Source: Chrysomallon squamiferum (lineage: Eukaryota; Animalia; Mollusca). Taken from it: a stretch of 64,000 nucleotides of DNA. Position 1 is the stretch's first letter, and each line of letters starts with the position of its first letter. Below, in pieces: positions 60,632-64,000 of the stretch. The position numbers and the translations under genes were made by a program. The notes beneath the pieces are model-generated. The model saw only the letters and a list, made by a program, of their open reading frames with translations. It ran no database searches and was not told the origin of the DNA. The stretch is taken from the NCBI GenBank assembly GCA_012295275.1, contig CM022678.1:8618001-8682000 (forward strand), written 5' to 3'.

Positions 60632-61689
60632 CAACGATAACAAAAACTATTATTATTATAAATTTTCACAAAATCTGATCTTTTGATCGATTTTTTTTTT
60701 TTGTGTGTTTTTTTTTTTTTTTTTTTTTTTTTTTTGAAACCCACCTTCCTCTGTAGACAGTGTAACTGCGTGAATTCAAAACGTGACTAAACAGAGTCAA
60801 GTATGTTTCGCCTCGGTAAACTCACAGAATGTAAACTTCTGTTAAACTGAACATTAGGCGTTTCACTGTGTAGACGTGTGTGCGTGTGCATTGTGTGTAA
60901 GTTTGTGTGTATGTGTGTCGGTGTACTGTTTGTGTGCGTTGTGTGTATTCTGTATTTATGTGTGTTTATGTTTATGCTTGTGTGTGTTGCGTTTGTAGAT
61001 CTGTGTATGTGTCTGTTGTGTATATATGTGTATGCATTTGTGTTGTGTGTGCATGTATGTATGTGTATATCTGTGTGGCGTGTCTGTGTAGGTGTGTAAC
61101 TTAAAACATCTTCCTTTTCGCTCGAGTATTTTATTCAATGTGATTAATGATATATCTAAGAAAACCCTCATTCCAGCTGGTTTATCATTGAAACTTTAAA
61201 CAAATATAAAGAAATAATATGATACTAATACTAATAGTCTCTCTGACAGATAATAATAACTTTTACTCACTGAGATTTGTTACACAGTTATAAACACACA
61301 CATACACACACACACACGCACACACACACACTCGCATACACACACGTATGTACAAAAATAGTTTCTTTCTTTTCTTAGATGAAAAGCGTCTCTTTATATA
61401 TTTTATTATTTGTAGGTTAGCAATTATACAAACTGAGCGAGATAAGTATAAGTACATAAATTGCATTCAGAAATAAATATATGTATACATACTGTCGACT
61501 ATTAGATCGGGAAATAAATTTGATTAAATTAATGTTATAATATGTTAGATCGGGAAATTAGTTTAATACTGACATAAATTATGACAAAGTGTACGTTTGT
61601 GTGGTATTTGTTTAATTGTAGTGTACTTTATTTCGTTATTTAATAAGTCGATTTATATACATAATCCTTGTATGCGGAGTATGTTCTCC

Positions 61690-62900
61690 TGAAGAAATCT
61701 GTCATTATAAAACACTCGTAACTTGTTTTATCGTTCAGACCAGCAAACAAACAACATAGTAAGTTTCGCTTCAGTAACAAATAAAATATTATCTGAACCA
61801 GTTTGAAGATAGGTTATGCGGTGAATCGAGACTTGAAAAGCTATATATATCTCTGGACGCTGTTAACTGAACAAAAGATGAATAGAAAGGGAGAGCAGAA
61901 GAAGAAAAAACTCCTTTGTTCTTCAGTGAAACAAAATCTTATTTTATCCCTTTTCGATCTTTTTTTTTTTTTATTTTTTTTTTTTATTTTTTTTTTTTTT
62001 TTTTTTTGTCTCTGGACGCTGTTAACTGAACAAAAGACAGTGTATTTGAACCTTTTCTTTCCTGGAAAAAAATATGTGTGTGTAATTTTTTCCCAGAAAA
62101 AAAAAAAATATAAATATATATATATATATATATCGATACATAGATATAAAACAAAACATAATGTGTTTGTAACTAAAAACAGAAAGTAGCGGCAACATAT
62201 GTTAAAATAAATTACGTTTATTTTTGTAAATTTATTAACAAAGCTGTAGATAAACAGAGAGCGAATCAGCTGCACATTATCATCACACTTCATATAATAA
62301 TTAATATCGGGAAATCAATTTAATTATAATGACAGAAAATAATAATTTTACTCAGTGATATTTCTTTCACACACACACGTATATGCACGTGTATCTCAGA
62401 GAGAGAGAGAGAGAGATTAGATTAATTAATTAATTAAAAAAAATAATAAAATTTATTAAATTTAATTACAATTATGCTTGTAGTTTGCGTATATTTTTGA
62501 CAGTGTTTTATTTTTAATCATATTTCTGTGTCAATTGAATCAACATGACATTGTCAAACATTCAAGAACTCATCTCTTTCACGCATAGAAACAAACACTA
62601 TGTTTAGATTAGTCAATTAATGAAATATGTTCTATAATATATATATTTAATTAATTAGATTAAAACCATATATATATATATTAATATATATATCTTAAAT
62701 AAAATGAAATAAAGCTATTTAACACAGAGAAGAGATATATATTTATTATTATTTTATTACTATTGTATATTCACCTTGTATGCTGTTTTTCATTATTATA
62801 GTTTATTTATATATCTTACGAAAAGACTGGTACCGCCAGTTCACTATTCAAGTTTAAACAAGATACAGTTTTGGCGGCTAAATGTATTATCTTTCTCTGT
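61690..62900 (+). repeat. Modular composite repeat, copy C (partial, more diverged)
   Basis: gaagaaatctgtcattataaaacactcgtaacttgtt matches 47202; aagctgtagataaacaga matches 47732, 51293 and 53336. Confidence 0.85.
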
Positions 62901-63266
62901 CCAACTACAAGCCAGCTGCTATCTCTATTATTACTACATGTGTGATAGACTCTAACCAGCATTTTATAAATTAATTCAGTACACAAACTATGTTCAGGTA
63001 GTTGTTAATTTTAATCCTGTTTACTTAAATACAACAATTTAAAAATTTCACGATTATTTTTTATCAGAAGAAACAAAAGTTTTATAGAAAACTTCAAAGC
63101 TCCTACCCCTTTTTTTCTTTACGATTGGTATCTTCCGCTCAGTAAGTGTCGTCTGACAAAACCGGGCTGCGCTACTGCAAGAGTAAATTGACATTGCAGT
63201 CGAACAAGCGGATACATTTTTTTCAGCTGTTAAAATTTTCATTTCTCAAGACTAAGTAAGTCAAAT

Positions 63267-63331
<65 letters not shown>

Positions 63332-63820
63332 GTGCAGTCTAAGATATTTTAAAATAACATTCTCAAATTGAATTCCACGATTACTTTATAGTGCGTGGTA
63401 TGTGATTTTCAAGACAAGTAGGTCGTCACATTGCGAGAAACGATTTCTTTTCTAGTGGTGTGCTAAATTAACTTGCAGCATTCATGGATACTCACATATG
63501 TTTAGTTTGTTGGTGTTTTTTTTTTTTTTTTCTTTGCTTCATACAATTTATTACAGCTGACTTCGTTTATTATATTAGTATTGTCGCCCACAATTTACAA
63601 CAGACTGTCGTCTTCCTTCTCGAATTAAGAGTGACGTCACAAGGTTAAATTTAGCAAGTTCGTAATGCACTTTTATTTTACAAATAAGACTAAATAAATA
63701 AACAGTTTTTATAGTGTATTTACATTCGCAGTTTATATATTTATCATTTCATTTATTTATTTGTATATACCATTGGTCGTATGTATTAACTGGAATTTTT
63801 ACCTCCAGTCAATTGTTTTC

Positions 63821-63858
<38 letters not shown>

Positions 63859-63956
63859 TTAGTTTACCTCCAGTCTATATTTTTTCTTTAGTCTTCCCAT
63901 TATTATTATTATTATTATTATTATTGTTGTTGTTATTATTATTATTATTCACAGAT

Positions 63957-64000
63957 ATGGCAACAGCTTCAAACTCGGATGACAGTATTTCGTGCTCGCT
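63957..64000 (+). CDS. Probable start of a RING/TRIM-like gene, cut by the window end
   Basis: Acceptor ttcacag at 63954 followed by MATASNSDDSISCS(L), resembling the MATAS...C-x-x-C start of invertebrate TRIM proteins. Upstream donor gtaagt at 63255 follows a CpG-rich segment. Only 14 codons are visible. Confidence 0.4.
   Translation, partial: MATASNSDDSISCS

Noticed and set aside
63100-63254. CARD-like peptide SVV*QNRAALLQE*IDI
   Set aside because: Two stops in a short stretch and only weak similarity; more simply a non-coding first exon or promoter.

Overview
AT-rich, microsatellite-dense eukaryotic DNA with spliceosomal GT-AG introns. It is probably molluscan (inferred from nSTAND3-type NTPase remnants and repeat style). 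Most ORFs in the supplied track are microsatellite artefacts, and I find no intact protein-coding gene. Reading splice sites by hand shows that 1-46 kb is a CpG-depleted mosaic of decayed, intron-containing gene fragments: an IRAG/LRMP (MRVI1-domain) gene with a duplicated exon and a possible TM/KASH-like last exon, an nSTAND3 NTPase, two overlapping copies of EGF/cbEGF exons, a CAMSAP/Patronin N-terminal half, and an unidentified 7-exon gene. Nested transposon relics include a Mutator-like/Kolobok-type transposase and a piggyBac next to a LINE whose endonuclease gave rise to a 54-bp minisatellite. A CpG-rich, apparently bidirectional promoter sits at about 39.2-40.2 kb. The region 47-63 kb is a CpG-retaining modular repeat family with inversions and a perfect hairpin, and the window ends at a probable RING/TRIM start codon. 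Family assignments rest on motif recall, not database searches. I see no prokaryote-type system such as CRISPR. The most notable signal is the chimeric exon mosaic around a possibly retained promoter.
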